A stretch of DNA of 64,000 nt. Origin: a bacterium (lineage in GTDB: Bacteria > SAR324 > NAC60-12). The position numbers and the translations under genes are program-made. Position 1 is the first letter of the stretch. Each line of letters starts with the position of its first letter. The notes under the pieces are model-generated. The model saw only the letters and a list, made by a program, of their open reading frames with translations. It had not been told where the DNA came from and did not search any database. The DNA is taken from assembly GCA_965233585.1 (NCBI GenBank), contig CBDDTI010000747.1, forward strand, positions 32,001-96,000, given 5' to 3'. Shown in pieces: positions 19,744 through 28,746 of this stretch.

Positions 19744-21945
19744 TCAACCTCTTCTTTCCGAGTCATATCTTTTTCTGGTCGTCTCATCTTTGAGAATGTC
19801 ATAAGCCTGTTGTACAAGTTTTGACTTACTCTCAGCCTCTGCTTTAATCCATGAATACTCAGAACTTTGATGTAAATCTGGGTGATATTCTTTCATTTTT
19901 TGGTAATAGGCTGCTTTCACTTGAGCGGCAGTCGCATTTTTTGAAACACCTAAAACAGAGTAATAATCAGGAAGTGGTTCTGATGGGGCTTGGGGAGGAG
20001 GCTCTTGTTGAAACTGAAGACTTTGCACAATTTGTTGAATTTTGAGCAATTTTTCTGTGAGTGAAGGGTAAGGAGCATGAGCGTCATTAGTTTTTTTGGC
20101 AATGACTGCAACTTCTGCCTCTAATTCAATCAAACGATGGGTATGTTGCCCCTGTTCTTTGGCAATCCGCAAAACTTCTTGAGTTTTAGAAAGTGTGTAA
20201 ACAAATTGTTGTTTTGCCTTATTAGGTCGTCTTTTGGAATGTAAATTTTGTTTTAAAGGCATTGGTTCATCTTCAGAAATGCTAAACCATTGACCAATAG
20301 AGGCACGGTAATTCCTAAAGACAAAAGCTCCTCCTGTTCCTAAAGCGATGAAAGCAAGAGACATGAGCGTCCATTTAAACAAAGACTCTACAAAATTTTG
20401 CTGTTCAATTTGAGCCACTAATTCCAGTGCTTTGTCATGTGTTGGCTCTTCCCTTAAAACCAGTTGCAAAAGGGCGAAGGCTTTGTCATTTTGACTTCGC
20501 AACATGTCATTTTGTGCTTCTTGAATTAGTTGTAAAAAACGGATTTGTTTTTCAGCAAAATCTATCAGATACCTTGCCTCATTAAATGGCTGTGCAGTAC
20601 GGGCAATCTGCATTAGGGTTTTGATGCCTCTTTCAAACTGCTCTTCTTCAATTTGTTGCTTGCCTTTTTCAAACAAAACCAATGACTGCGTCTGGTCAAT
20701 CAATTTTTGAACTTCCAGTATTTCGTAATGATTTGGAAAGAATTGCAGTGCTTCTTGCATGAGTTTTTCAGCTTCTTGCCAGTTTTTGACAGCAAGGGCA
20801 TCGTTGATTTGTTGCAGGTAAATCTTAACAGAAGGCAGGCGTTGTCGCTCAGTCAGCTCAAAAGTGGTTGGAGTTTCAAGCTGATTTTGGTACTTCCTTG
20901 CCAATTCTATACGATTCTTTTTTTTCAACTGCTGAATGTATTGGACAGGAGGCATCGGACGTGGTGCTTGGTAAATTTCAATGGCTTTAGAATCTTCTGC
21001 GATGGCAATAAATTTACCTGTTGCACTGAAGTCAATGGCATCAGGAGCAATCAAAGGCTTGGACTCTAACAACTCTGCTTCTTGGTCTAAAAAATGAGTT
21101 TGAGACTTGGTAGCAATGGCAAAGGTCTGACTATTTCTTGATTGTTGAATTGACACTACCTCTTCGGTAATACTTTTTAAAAGCTGACCTTTGGTTTTGA
21201 GACGAGATTCAGGATTGCCCCATGCGATGTTTTTTTCTGCATCAATGGAGACCAAAATGTTGGAAGGTGTAAATTGTAGGTCTGTCAATGGAAAAAAGTG
21301 ATAATCCATGGGCTTGCTCGTGTATCCTTTTTGTAAGTTTATGATAGAAATAGAGCCTTGTTTTTGAGAAAGTGATGCCAGCCATTTTTCATCTGATGAA
21401 AGACTAAACAAAGCATGAGCCTCGTTGTCTATCGTCCAAAGCAGGGAAGGAGAATAAGGTGGGGCGAGTTCCATCTGCAAAATTTGATTCCGATCCACCC
21501 AGACTAATTTTTCTTTTTTCTGAGAGAAGAGAACAGAAGGCGGGTTGGAAGTCCTTGCGTCCCCACTCCAAAGCACATGAGAGTCAGGAAATTCTCCTTG
21601 TACTTGGATTGGAAGCTCTTCCAAATCCCACAAGGTGACTTGATTTTTGGACACCAGAGCCAGCTTTAAAGAATGAGGAGAAAAAAGAACTTTTTGGATT
21701 GTTTGGTCTTCAATAAGAAAATCAGAAATCGGCTTGCCAGTTTTTCTGTCGTAAGCTGTGATGAGAGAATCTTTTTTTTGAAAGGAATTTGATGCGGCAA
21801 TGATAAATGATTCATCAGGACTAAATGCAATAGAATGCACAGCATGATTGGTTGCAATAGTAGATTGATGAATGAGAAAAGGAGTAGATGCGACAATTTG
21901 TGGAATAAAAATAAGATTGATGAGGACAATTCTAATCAAAAACAT
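19744..21945 (-). CDS. Signal peptide + WD40-like beta-propeller + TPR + TM + C-terminal DnaJ (J) domain protein
   Basis: AFSPDE/LFSPHS/FSATGK WD-like blades; TPR helices; TM LMSLAFIALGTGGAFVF; DYYSVLGVSKNAT...KEYHPD...AYDILKD. Confidence 0.8.
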   Translation of the reverse strand: MFLIRIVLINLIFIPQIVASTPFLIHQSTIATNHAVHSIAFSPDESFIIAASNSFQKKDSLITAYDRKTGKPISDFLIEDQTIQKVLFSPHSLKLALVSKNQVTLWDLEELPIQVQGEFPDSHVLWSGDARTSNPPSVLFSQKKEKLVWVDRNQILQMELAPPYSPSLLWTIDNEAHALFSLSSDEKWLASLSQKQGSISIINLQKGYTSKPMDYHFFPLTDLQFTPSNILVSIDAEKNIAWGNPESRLKTKGQLLKSITEEVVSIQQSRNSQTFAIATKSQTHFLDQEAELLESKPLIAPDAIDFSATGKFIAIAEDSKAIEIYQAPRPMPPVQYIQQLKKKNRIELARKYQNQLETPTTFELTERQRLPSVKIYLQQINDALAVKNWQEAEKLMQEALQFFPNHYEILEVQKLIDQTQSLVLFEKGKQQIEEEQFERGIKTLMQIARTAQPFNEARYLIDFAEKQIRFLQLIQEAQNDMLRSQNDKAFALLQLVLREEPTHDKALELVAQIEQQNFVESLFKWTLMSLAFIALGTGGAFVFRNYRASIGQWFSISEDEPMPLKQNLHSKRRPNKAKQQFVYTLSKTQEVLRIAKEQGQHTHRLIELEAEVAVIAKKTNDAHAPYPSLTEKLLKIQQIVQSLQFQQEPPPQAPSEPLPDYYSVLGVSKNATAAQVKAAYYQKMKEYHPDLHQSSEYSWIKAEAESKSKLVQQAYDILKDETTRKRYDSERRG

Positions 21946-22189
21946 TCAATTCAAAAGACAAAAAGTGGCAGAAAATATCCTTCAAAAGCCAAGCAAATTT
22001 TAGTCCATTTTACCAAATGCTATCTTGAAATAACTCAACCCTCGTTAAAAAGGAATTTGATGCTTGGTATTGTAAACCTTGAATCGTTTTTAGCACCGCT
22101 GTTCAGTAGCTACTGCAACACTTGATGGGGAACTCTTTTGCAGTAGGTGATGGATTTTTGCTTTGGCAGGAGTCATAGGAAGGTTTTAT

Positions 22190-22227
22190 GAGTCATTGAG
22201 CTTGCTTTTGCAAGCCTGAAATGACTC
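22190..22227 (-). terminator. Stem-loop downstream of mdh (terminator or stability hairpin)
   Basis: gagtcatt/aatgactc outer stem and gcttgc-tttt-gcaagc inner stem. Confidence 0.5.
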
Positions 22228-22263
22228 AAAGAAGTTTGATTTTGACTGATTTGAGCTTGCTTT

Positions 22264-23247
22264 TTACCCTAATAGGTCTGCAACATCATCTCTTTCTTGT
22301 TCTAGTTCTTGAGCAGAAGCGTCAATTTTTTGACGGCTGAAGTCGTTAATTTCCAAGCCTTGCACAATGCTAACATTTGAACCATCACTTGTCAGAGGAT
22401 AACTAAAAACAAGCCCTTTTTGGATTCCATAACTTCCGTCAGAGACAATGCCTGCACTAAACCAGTCGTTTTGGGGGGTAGGATTGAGGATACGTTTGGC
22501 AGTATCTAAAGCAGCGTTCGCTGCAGATGCAGCAGAAGATGCTCCACGTGCTTTGATGATTGCGGCACCTCTTTGCTGGACGGTGCTGATGAAGTCATTT
22601 TTTAGCCATGCTGTATCAGAAATCACATCTGTTGCAACTTTGTCTGAAATTTGAGCATGATAAAAATCTGGGTATTGAGTCGCACTATGGTTTCCCCAAA
22701 TGGTCATATTAGAAACCTCGCTGACTGCAACATGTGCTTTTTGAGCAAGTTGAGACTTCGCCCGGTTTTCATCAAGTGCTGTCATGGCAAACCATTGACC
22801 AGAGGCGATTCTTGGGGCATGACTTTTGGCAATGAGGCAATTTGTATTACATGGATTACCAACAACAAGAATCCTTGCATCATCTGCTGCGACAGCTTCA
22901 ATGGCTTGTCCTTGCTCCACAAAGATTCCAGCATTTTTACGCAACAAATCTTTTCTTTCCATACCTGCCTGACGTGGAGCAGAACCGACTAGAAAAAGCC
23001 AGTTTGCATCGGCAAAGGCTTCTTCGGCACGAGATGATGACTTGACGCTTGCAAGCGTATTGAAGGCACAATCGTCAAGCTCCATCTGGACTCCTTCTAA
23101 TGCTTTCAACGCATTCTCAATTTCTAAAAGTTGTAAATGGACTTGTGTCTCTGCCCCAAAAAGCTCACCTGAAGCAATACGAAACAAAAGTGAATATCCA
23201 ATATTTCCTGCCGCACCAGTTACGGCAACCCTGATTTGCTTAGTCAT
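22264..23247 (-). CDS. mdh: Malate dehydrogenase (type 2, cytosolic/Thermus-like)
   Basis: [65 protein letters not shown]. Confidence 0.96.
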   Translation of the reverse strand: MTKQIRVAVTGAAGNIGYSLLFRIASGELFGAETQVHLQLLEIENALKALEGVQMELDDCAFNTLASVKSSSRAEEAFADANWLFLVGSAPRQAGMERKDLLRKNAGIFVEQGQAIEAVAADDARILVVGNPCNTNCLIAKSHAPRIASGQWFAMTALDENRAKSQLAQKAHVAVSEVSNMTIWGNHSATQYPDFYHAQISDKVATDVISDTAWLKNDFISTVQQRGAAIIKARGASSAASAANAALDTAKRILNPTPQNDWFSAGIVSDGSYGIQKGLVFSYPLTSDGSNVSIVQGLEINDFSRQKIDASAQELEQERDDVADLLG

Positions 23248-23296
23248 ATAAACCTAGTCAATGAATGAAGTAAAAATTTAAGCTGTGAAACCCGTC

Positions 23297-23325
23297 ATTA
23301 TAAGATGTTGTGTCACCTTTGGCAA
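23297..23325 (-). promoter_or_regulatory. Sigma70-type promoter of mdh
   Basis: Minus strand reads TTGCCA-17 bp-TATAAT, about 50 bp upstream of the mdh ATG. Confidence 0.65.
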
Positions 23326-23377
23326 GATTTGTGAGAGAGGAGAAGGTAAGTTTTTTTTGAAAGAAATGTCAGGTAGA

Positions 23378-23406
23378 AAAGGAATAGCAAGAAGTGCTAT
23401 TCCTTT
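23378..23406 (-). terminator. Rho-independent terminator closing the 23421-30490 operon
   Basis: Perfect 12-bp inverted repeat aaaggaatagca-agaag-tgctattccttt ending in a T-run on the minus strand, 14 bp after the stop of 23421..24170. Confidence 0.7.
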
Positions 23407-23420
23407 ATAGAAGCGGGATT

Positions 23421-24170
23421 TTAAGACTCTGCTTCAAACTCTGTAATTTGTTCTTGAATTTGTCTTGCAAGGTCTTTTTGAAGGATGTTCAGGTCATTGC
23501 CAGCAACCTCCAAATATTTTTTAGCTTTTTCTAAGTTATTTGGTGGAGTACCACATGTAGGATTTGAAGAAAAATAAGCGGCTAGTGCAAGGCTTGCGTC
23601 TGTTCTGAGTACGTCTTCTACGACATCAGGGTTGAGTTTTTCTTCATCTCCGCATAACTCGTTAAAGTTACCCCTTTTGAGAAACGCCATTGTAGAAAGT
23701 CTGACCACTCTGACAATCGCATCATCAGGGTCTCGCTCCACGGCTTGATTCATCAAATCCATGCCCTTGCTAAGATTCAATAGTTTAGGAATCCCCCAAG
23801 TCAGATCAATAGCAGCACCTGCTTGTTTGATTGTATTTGAACCCATCCACACTCCCGCTAGTGCATGATTTGGGTCAACTTGCAGAGCCTTCTCCAGTAC
23901 TTCTTCTGCTTCGTCCAGTTTGTTGTACGAAGAAAGCAATGCCCCGTAGTTAGCAAGAATCTCTACATCATTGGGACTTTCTTGCAAAAATTCTTCATAA
24001 CCCTGAACTGTCTCTTGAGTTTCCTGATCCATTGGGATTTCATCAAAACTCCTAGGATAAGCACCCAGAGACCAACTGACAATGTTGCCTATCAGAAAAG
24101 AACTGACCAGTATTTCTACAACCCCAATACCTCTTCTTCTTTTCTTTGTTCTACGATTACTCATAATCAT
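23421..24170 (-). CDS. TPR-containing protein with N-terminal membrane anchor/signal
   Basis: Basic N-terminus plus hydrophobic segment; TPR (P.DVEILANYGALL...LDEAEEVLEKALQVDPNHALA); SD aggag. Confidence 0.75.
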   Translation of the reverse strand: MIMSNRRTKKRRRGIGVVEILVSSFLIGNIVSWSLGAYPRSFDEIPMDQETQETVQGYEEFLQESPNDVEILANYGALLSSYNKLDEAEEVLEKALQVDPNHALAGVWMGSNTIKQAGAAIDLTWGIPKLLNLSKGMDLMNQAVERDPDDAIVRVVRLSTMAFLKRGNFNELCGDEEKLNPDVVEDVLRTDASLALAAYFSSNPTCGTPPNNLEKAKKYLEVAGNDLNILQKDLARQIQEQITEFEAES

Positions 24171-24295
24171 TTTTATCTCCTAATTTATAAATTGAATATC
24201 ATTTTATTGAAAGAATTGAAATACAAACCCATTATTCAAACGAGTTGTTCAGTAAAAATGTCTTGTTTTCCGCGTGCCTCCTTACAAATTAAAAA

Positions 24296-24610
24296 TTAAT
24301 CAGAAAAATAAAGTAATTGAATTTGTTCTAAGTATTCTTTGTATTTTTGCCTGCCTAAACTGGTCAAGCGATAAGTTGTAGTTTGATTTCTCCCCGCATT
24401 GCTTCTGTCCTCTAAGATGTAATTTGCTTCTACAAGTTTTTTCATGCTGATACTTAAGTTACCATCAGTTGTGCCAATTCTTTTTTTTAAATTGACAAAA
24501 TTGGCTTCTCCTTCTTTTGCAAGAATTGTCATGACAATCGCCCGCAAGCTAGAATGAATCAGCTTGTCAAGATTACTTTTTTGGTACCTGTTATTGTCTT
24601 CTTTTGACAT
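24296..24610 (-). CDS. Winged-helix transcriptional regulator (HTH_34/ArsR-MarR-like)
   Basis: LDKLIHSSLR.AIMTIL...F..LK...TDGNLS.....L.EANYI...T.YRLT..GR. Confidence 0.85.
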   Translation of the reverse strand: MSKEDNNRYQKSNLDKLIHSSLRAIVMTILAKEGEANFVNLKKRIGTTDGNLSISMKKLVEANYILEDRSNAGRNQTTTYRLTSLGRQKYKEYLEQIQLLYFSD

Positions 24611-25193
24611 GCTGGCTTGAGTTTTTTTGAAGAAAATAAGTCAAAGTCAGAGCAAAAAAACAAGAAAGACCCGCAACCAAATATCTTTGTGTAAAGTCTT
24701 CTAAAAGGAGACTAACCAATGCAGAAGCACACCAAAAACCGACAATCCATCTAACCTGAGGAAGAGCAAAGATCAAGCTAATCGTCATATACAAACTTGC
24801 CATCAAGATTGCAAAAACAAAGGGATAGACCTGAAACATGGCAGATTCCATTGAACTACTAAAGCCGATAATGCTAAGCAAAACCCCCTGAATGATCCAA
24901 AAAACTGTGAACTGTTTTCTGGGGGTAGAAAGCGTATGGAGCTTTTTGTGTGAACGCCTAACCGAAACAGAAGTTACCAGCCATCCAAAACCGATGATAA
25001 TTGCCCAAAGAGCTGTTTGATACAACAGTTGATTGACTTCAAAATATTGCACTCGCCAGCTGACGGTGAAACAAAGCCCCAGTAAAACATGCCAAAATAT
25101 TGCAATATTAGGGAGAATATTGATTTTTTCTTGTGCGGTATGAATCCACTCAATCAGGTTCTCAATTTCTTGTTTCGCTTCTTTCTTATCCAT
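24591..25193 (-). CDS. Hypothetical multi-pass membrane protein (about 6 TM)
   Basis: Hydrophobic segments; 3' end overlaps the regulator start by 20 bp. Confidence 0.7.
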   Translation of the reverse strand: MDKKEAKQEIENLIEWIHTAQEKINILPNIAIFWHVLLGLCFTVSWRVQYFEVNQLLYQTALWAIIIGFGWLVTSVSVRRSHKKLHTLSTPRKQFTVFWIIQGVLLSIIGFSSSMESAMFQVYPFVFAILMASLYMTISLIFALPQVRWIVGFWCASALVSLLLEDFTQRYLVAGLSCFFALTLTYFLQKNSSQHVKRRQ

Positions 25194-25229
25194 ATTTTTT
25201 AATAATTTGAGTTAATCAGTTTAGAACTT

Positions 25230-25250
25230 TCACTCAAATTTCAATTTCAT
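25230..25250 (-). other. Mini-ORF MKLKFE* preceded by a strong Shine-Dalgarno
   Basis: Minus strand: ataGGAGGAGcaa ATG AAA TTG AAA TTT GAG TGA. Confidence 0.4.
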
Positions 25251-25294
25251 TTGCTCCTCCTATGGTCTTTCACGTCAATCGCTTTTAACACAGC

Positions 25295-26644
25295 TTAAAG
25301 AATAAACTGAATCTTGACGATGTAGGCATTTTGAAAAGAAGACATACCATTTTCTGAATAGTCGTCTCCTACGCTACCTTGAGCAGAAAGAGTGACGGTA
25401 TAGTCTTCTTTAGCAAACTCTAAGTTCATTTGAGAGAAATAGCTTTTATCGTCAAGATTATAGAGTAAAACGGGGGTAAGTTCAAAATTTTTAAAAATTT
25501 GACCTGTTGCAAACCGCGTTTTGAAATAATTTTGACGATAGTTGCCTATTCTCAAAATCGTTAAATTCCTCCTTAGAAATCCCGCATACGGATTGCCACC
25601 GTCTCCCTCAAACCGTTTATCTTGATAGGCTTTGCCCTCGTGAGCAGATTCTAAACCGTCCCTGATCATTTCCGCTTCATCATCATTAAAACCTGCACCA
25701 TGATAAAAGTATTCAGAGATGAGACTCCAAGTGGTTGCTCCTGTATGCTGGAATCCGAAGACGTGGGAGTTATAGATTTGTTCAGGGTCAAATTGAAATT
25801 GATAGATTGCAGGTTGCACGATAGGATTCCGTTCGCTGACAGGCTGTTGTGGATTAGCAGGTCTTGCAGCGGCAGTTTGTTTTGGTGCAACTCTATACTT
25901 ATTGATTGATGAAGAGGTTTGAAAATAAACGATTGTATCTCCTCCAACCTCACTGGAAAAAATTGCACCTACGCCGTTTTGACCATCAGTGACACCTCTC
26001 AACAAGAATGAAATGTCAGCCGCCCCCTCAAAGAAGTTTTGGCTGAATTTTAAGACAACCTGTTGCTCTGAAAACTCATCTTCAAAAAGTGTTTCCCCGT
26101 AATAATCTGCAACGACACCTTCTACTGAAAAATCTCCAAAACGGCGGCTGACTCTGAACATGGTGTTGCCTGTCTTGAAATCGTCGTTGATTTTATCTTG
26201 TACAATCTCGGTTTCAGTGTTAGGAAGTAACAAATCTGCGGGATTGTCAAAGTAAGAGGTTTCTACTGATTGAATATACTTGCCAACCAGCACATTGGTT
26301 TTTCCAAAAACAGTGCGATAGTAAAACTCACTCAAGTACGCTTGATCTTCATGGTTGACGAGCGTCCCCAAGACACGAGCTATCAAGGCAGAACTCACTC
26401 CTTTCTTATAAGCAAAATTCAAATCAGGGACAACTTTGAGGTTAGTCTCATCTAGTTCTACTAATTCTCCATCAGGATTATTGACGTTATCCTTGCGAGC
26501 GATACTTCTGTCCATGAAAAGATTCAGCTCGTGAGAATGGCTCAAACGATACCCTTCTTGTTTTTTTAGTGAAAAGGAAGGTGATGCAGAATAAATCAAG
26601 CTGGGCATCATCAAGCTCAACACAAGCATTTTAGAAGTTTTCAT
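25295..26644 (-). CDS. Hypothetical exported protein, probable outer-membrane beta-barrel
   Basis: Signal peptide (MKTSKMLVLSLMMPSLIYSA); alternating aromatic/polar strands (LSEFYY, VLVGK, LISEYFYHG); follows the LolA-like gene. Confidence 0.6.
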   Translation of the reverse strand: MKTSKMLVLSLMMPSLIYSASPSFSLKKQEGYRLSHSHELNLFMDRSIARKDNVNNPDGELVELDETNLKVVPDLNFAYKKGVSSALIARVLGTLVNHEDQAYLSEFYYRTVFGKTNVLVGKYIQSVETSYFDNPADLLLPNTETEIVQDKINDDFKTGNTMFRVSRRFGDFSVEGVVADYYGETLFEDEFSEQQVVLKFSQNFFEGAADISFLLRGVTDGQNGVGAIFSSEVGGDTIVYFQTSSSINKYRVAPKQTAAARPANPQQPVSERNPIVQPAIYQFQFDPEQIYNSHVFGFQHTGATTWSLISEYFYHGAGFNDDEAEMIRDGLESAHEGKAYQDKRFEGDGGNPYAGFLRRNLTILRIGNYRQNYFKTRFATGQIFKNFELTPVLLYNLDDKSYFSQMNLEFAKEDYTVTLSAQGSVGDDYSENGMSSFQNAYIVKIQFIL

Positions 26645-26684
26645 AAGATTTTCTCCACAACAGGTCAATGAATTTGAAAGCTAT

Positions 26685-27413
26685 TTAGAGGTTGACCATC
26701 ATTTCTTTGCTGTAAAAATTATCAGGCAATTCCACTGGCTGATAATTTAAAAAATAGACAAATGTATCGGGTTCTTTTCTGATTTCATCTTGCACACGCA
26801 AGACAGACTGTAAAACCTGCCCATCAAAGTCTTTGTATTCATCATAAAAGACTGTTTTCAGCATCTTCCCTGAAATGGCAAAATGCTGGCTCTTTTTTGC
26901 CTGATAAGTCTTGTGATCTATCCACAGCATGATTTTTCTGTATTGAGCATGTTTTGTCTTTCCCTTTAGCTCTAGCACCCGCAAGTTAGGGTCTTCAGGG
27001 TCTGGCTGCATGTCAATAGGTTCGTAATCTAGGGAAAAGCTGACTGAAAGCACATCACCCACGCTGACACGACCTGTCAGCCTCTGTGTTTGGCTAATTC
27101 GCACAAGACGTTTGTTGCCCGGTATAAAGAACCAGAGGCTTTTAATATCTTCTCTAAACATGGTACGCCCCTTTTCTTTGGCAGGTACCGTGAACTTCAC
27201 TATGTTTTGAACGCCATCAGTATAGGCTTCTAGTTCTCTAGTCGTTTCACCGGGTGCAGAAATCCGCAAGTAGGTGAAAAAGTGAGGAGTACTTAGGGAA
27301 CGGTAGCGGTCTGTCTTTTGCAGAATTTCTTCTAAATTTTGAGCGTATGTCAGACTTGACATAAACACGACCCCAACCAATGGGGCAATCAAAAGTTTAA
27401 GGTTGTTCATCAT
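26685..27413 (-). CDS. Outer membrane lipoprotein-sorting (LolA-like) periplasmic protein
   Basis: Signal peptide; F..PA.EKG....., LWFFIPG..R.VRIS..QRL.G..S.GD, Y.KI.LWID, SGKMLK. Confidence 0.85.
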   Translation of the reverse strand: MMNNLKLLIAPLVGVVFMSSLTYAQNLEEILQKTDRYRSLSTPHFFTYLRISAPGETTRELEAYTDGVQNIVKFTVPAKEKGRTMFREDIKSLWFFIPGNKRLVRISQTQRLTGRVSVGDVLSVSFSLDYEPIDMQPDPEDPNLRVLELKGKTKHAQYRKIMLWIDHKTYQAKKSQHFAISGKMLKTVFYDEYKDFDGQVLQSVLRVQDEIRKEPDTFVYFLNYQPVELPDNFYSKEMMVNL

Positions 27414-27477
27414 TTTTTGTCCTATTAGTTTTTAAGGTTAAAAATTGGCTAGCCAAAAACAGCTAGCCATAGGGAAG

Positions 27478-28701
27478 CTAAACATACCGTAGAGCTTCAG
27501 TGATTTTCATTTGACTGGCTTTAATAGAGGGGTAAATCCCTGCTAAGAAAGCAGTGATGGTACAAAGAATCAATGCTTTAGCTAAGGCACCATATTCCAC
27601 AAAGAAGCTAAGTGGAATCGGACGGTTGGTATTGGGAGGAGGAGGTAACTCAATACGCAACTCACTGATTCCATTGGCGGCAAAGTAACCGATGGCAATG
27701 CCTATAGCCCCCCCAATGAGACCAATGTAGATGGATTCAATTAGAAACAGCAACACCACTCTCAATCTGGTTTCACCCATTGCCCGTAAAGTTCCTATCT
27801 CTGGCACACGTTCCATCACATTCATAGTCATCGTATTGTTGATGAAGAAGATGACGACGATAATGATAATGACCTGTAACACATTGAAAATCGTACCTAG
27901 AAATTGACGGACTTGCCGATAAAAGTCTGCCAGTTCTTGCCAAGTTTTGTACTCTACTTGAAGATTTTGACCTTGAATGGACTGCGTCAAATGACCCAAA
28001 AATTGATCCACTCTGTCTGTTTCATCTAACAAGAAGATCATACGGCTGTATGCCTCTACATCGTACAAGCGGTTGATGTAGTCCAAATTGGCGTACAAAA
28101 TTCTTTCATCAATCTGAGTAATGCCAGTTGTGATAATTCCAACAATGGTGACATCAATCGCATTGACGTAGCCCTCAGCAGTCGTTGCTAACAAGGTGAA
28201 AATATCACCCACGTTGGCTTTCAGATTTTTGGCAAGTCCTGCACCAATATTCACACCATCTATGGTTTCTGAATCAAACAACTCACCATCATCTACTTGA
28301 ATCGCAGAATTGATCAGATTGATATTGTCTGCTTCTGCTCCAACAATGATAGTGGGTAGTGAGTTTTTACCATTAGAAAGCAATCCTGTAATATTGGTTT
28401 GTTTAGAGGCAATGGCAAAGTTTTCATGCTCTTCTGCAATGGCATTGAGAGACTCTACCATTTCTTCTGACATGAGGTATTTTTCAGGTTCAACGCTAGA
28501 AAATTCATCAAACCCTTTTTTATACACTTGTAAATGTCCCAAACCTGTTCTAATGGTTGTTTCTCTCAACCCATCAATCATAAAGGCAAAATAACCTTCA
28601 AACATGACTAATGCGGCTAAACCGAAAGCGATTGCAGAACAGGTTAGAAAAGTGCGTCTCAAGTTACGCGTGACGTTCAATAAAGGAACTTTAAATAACA
28701 T
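27478..28701 (-). CDS. ABC transporter permease, LolC/E-MacB-FtsX family
   Basis: N..RN.RRT.LT, GHLQV, NTMTMNVMERVPEIGTLRAMG, YPSIKASQMKITEALRYV. Confidence 0.9.
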   Translation of the reverse strand: MLFKVPLLNVTRNLRRTFLTCSAIAFGLAALVMFEGYFAFMIDGLRETTIRTGLGHLQVYKKGFDEFSSVEPEKYLMSEEMVESLNAIAEEHENFAIASKQTNITGLLSNGKNSLPTIIVGAEADNINLINSAIQVDDGELFDSETIDGVNIGAGLAKNLKANVGDIFTLLATTAEGYVNAIDVTIVGIITTGITQIDERILYANLDYINRLYDVEAYSRMIFLLDETDRVDQFLGHLTQSIQGQNLQVEYKTWQELADFYRQVRQFLGTIFNVLQVIIIIVVIFFINNTMTMNVMERVPEIGTLRAMGETRLRVVLLFLIESIYIGLIGGAIGIAIGYFAANGISELRIELPPPPNTNRPIPLSFFVEYGALAKALILCTITAFLAGIYPSIKASQMKITEALRYV

Positions 28702-28746
28702 GGCGATTCTCCGTAAAATGAAATGATGATACTAAGGAAAAAGTGA

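Noticed and set aside
21835..22125. 96-aa plus-strand ORF
   Set aside because: Overlaps the start and likely promoter (TGgTAAAAT, 22007-22015, minus strand) of the J-domain gene; no motif or SD
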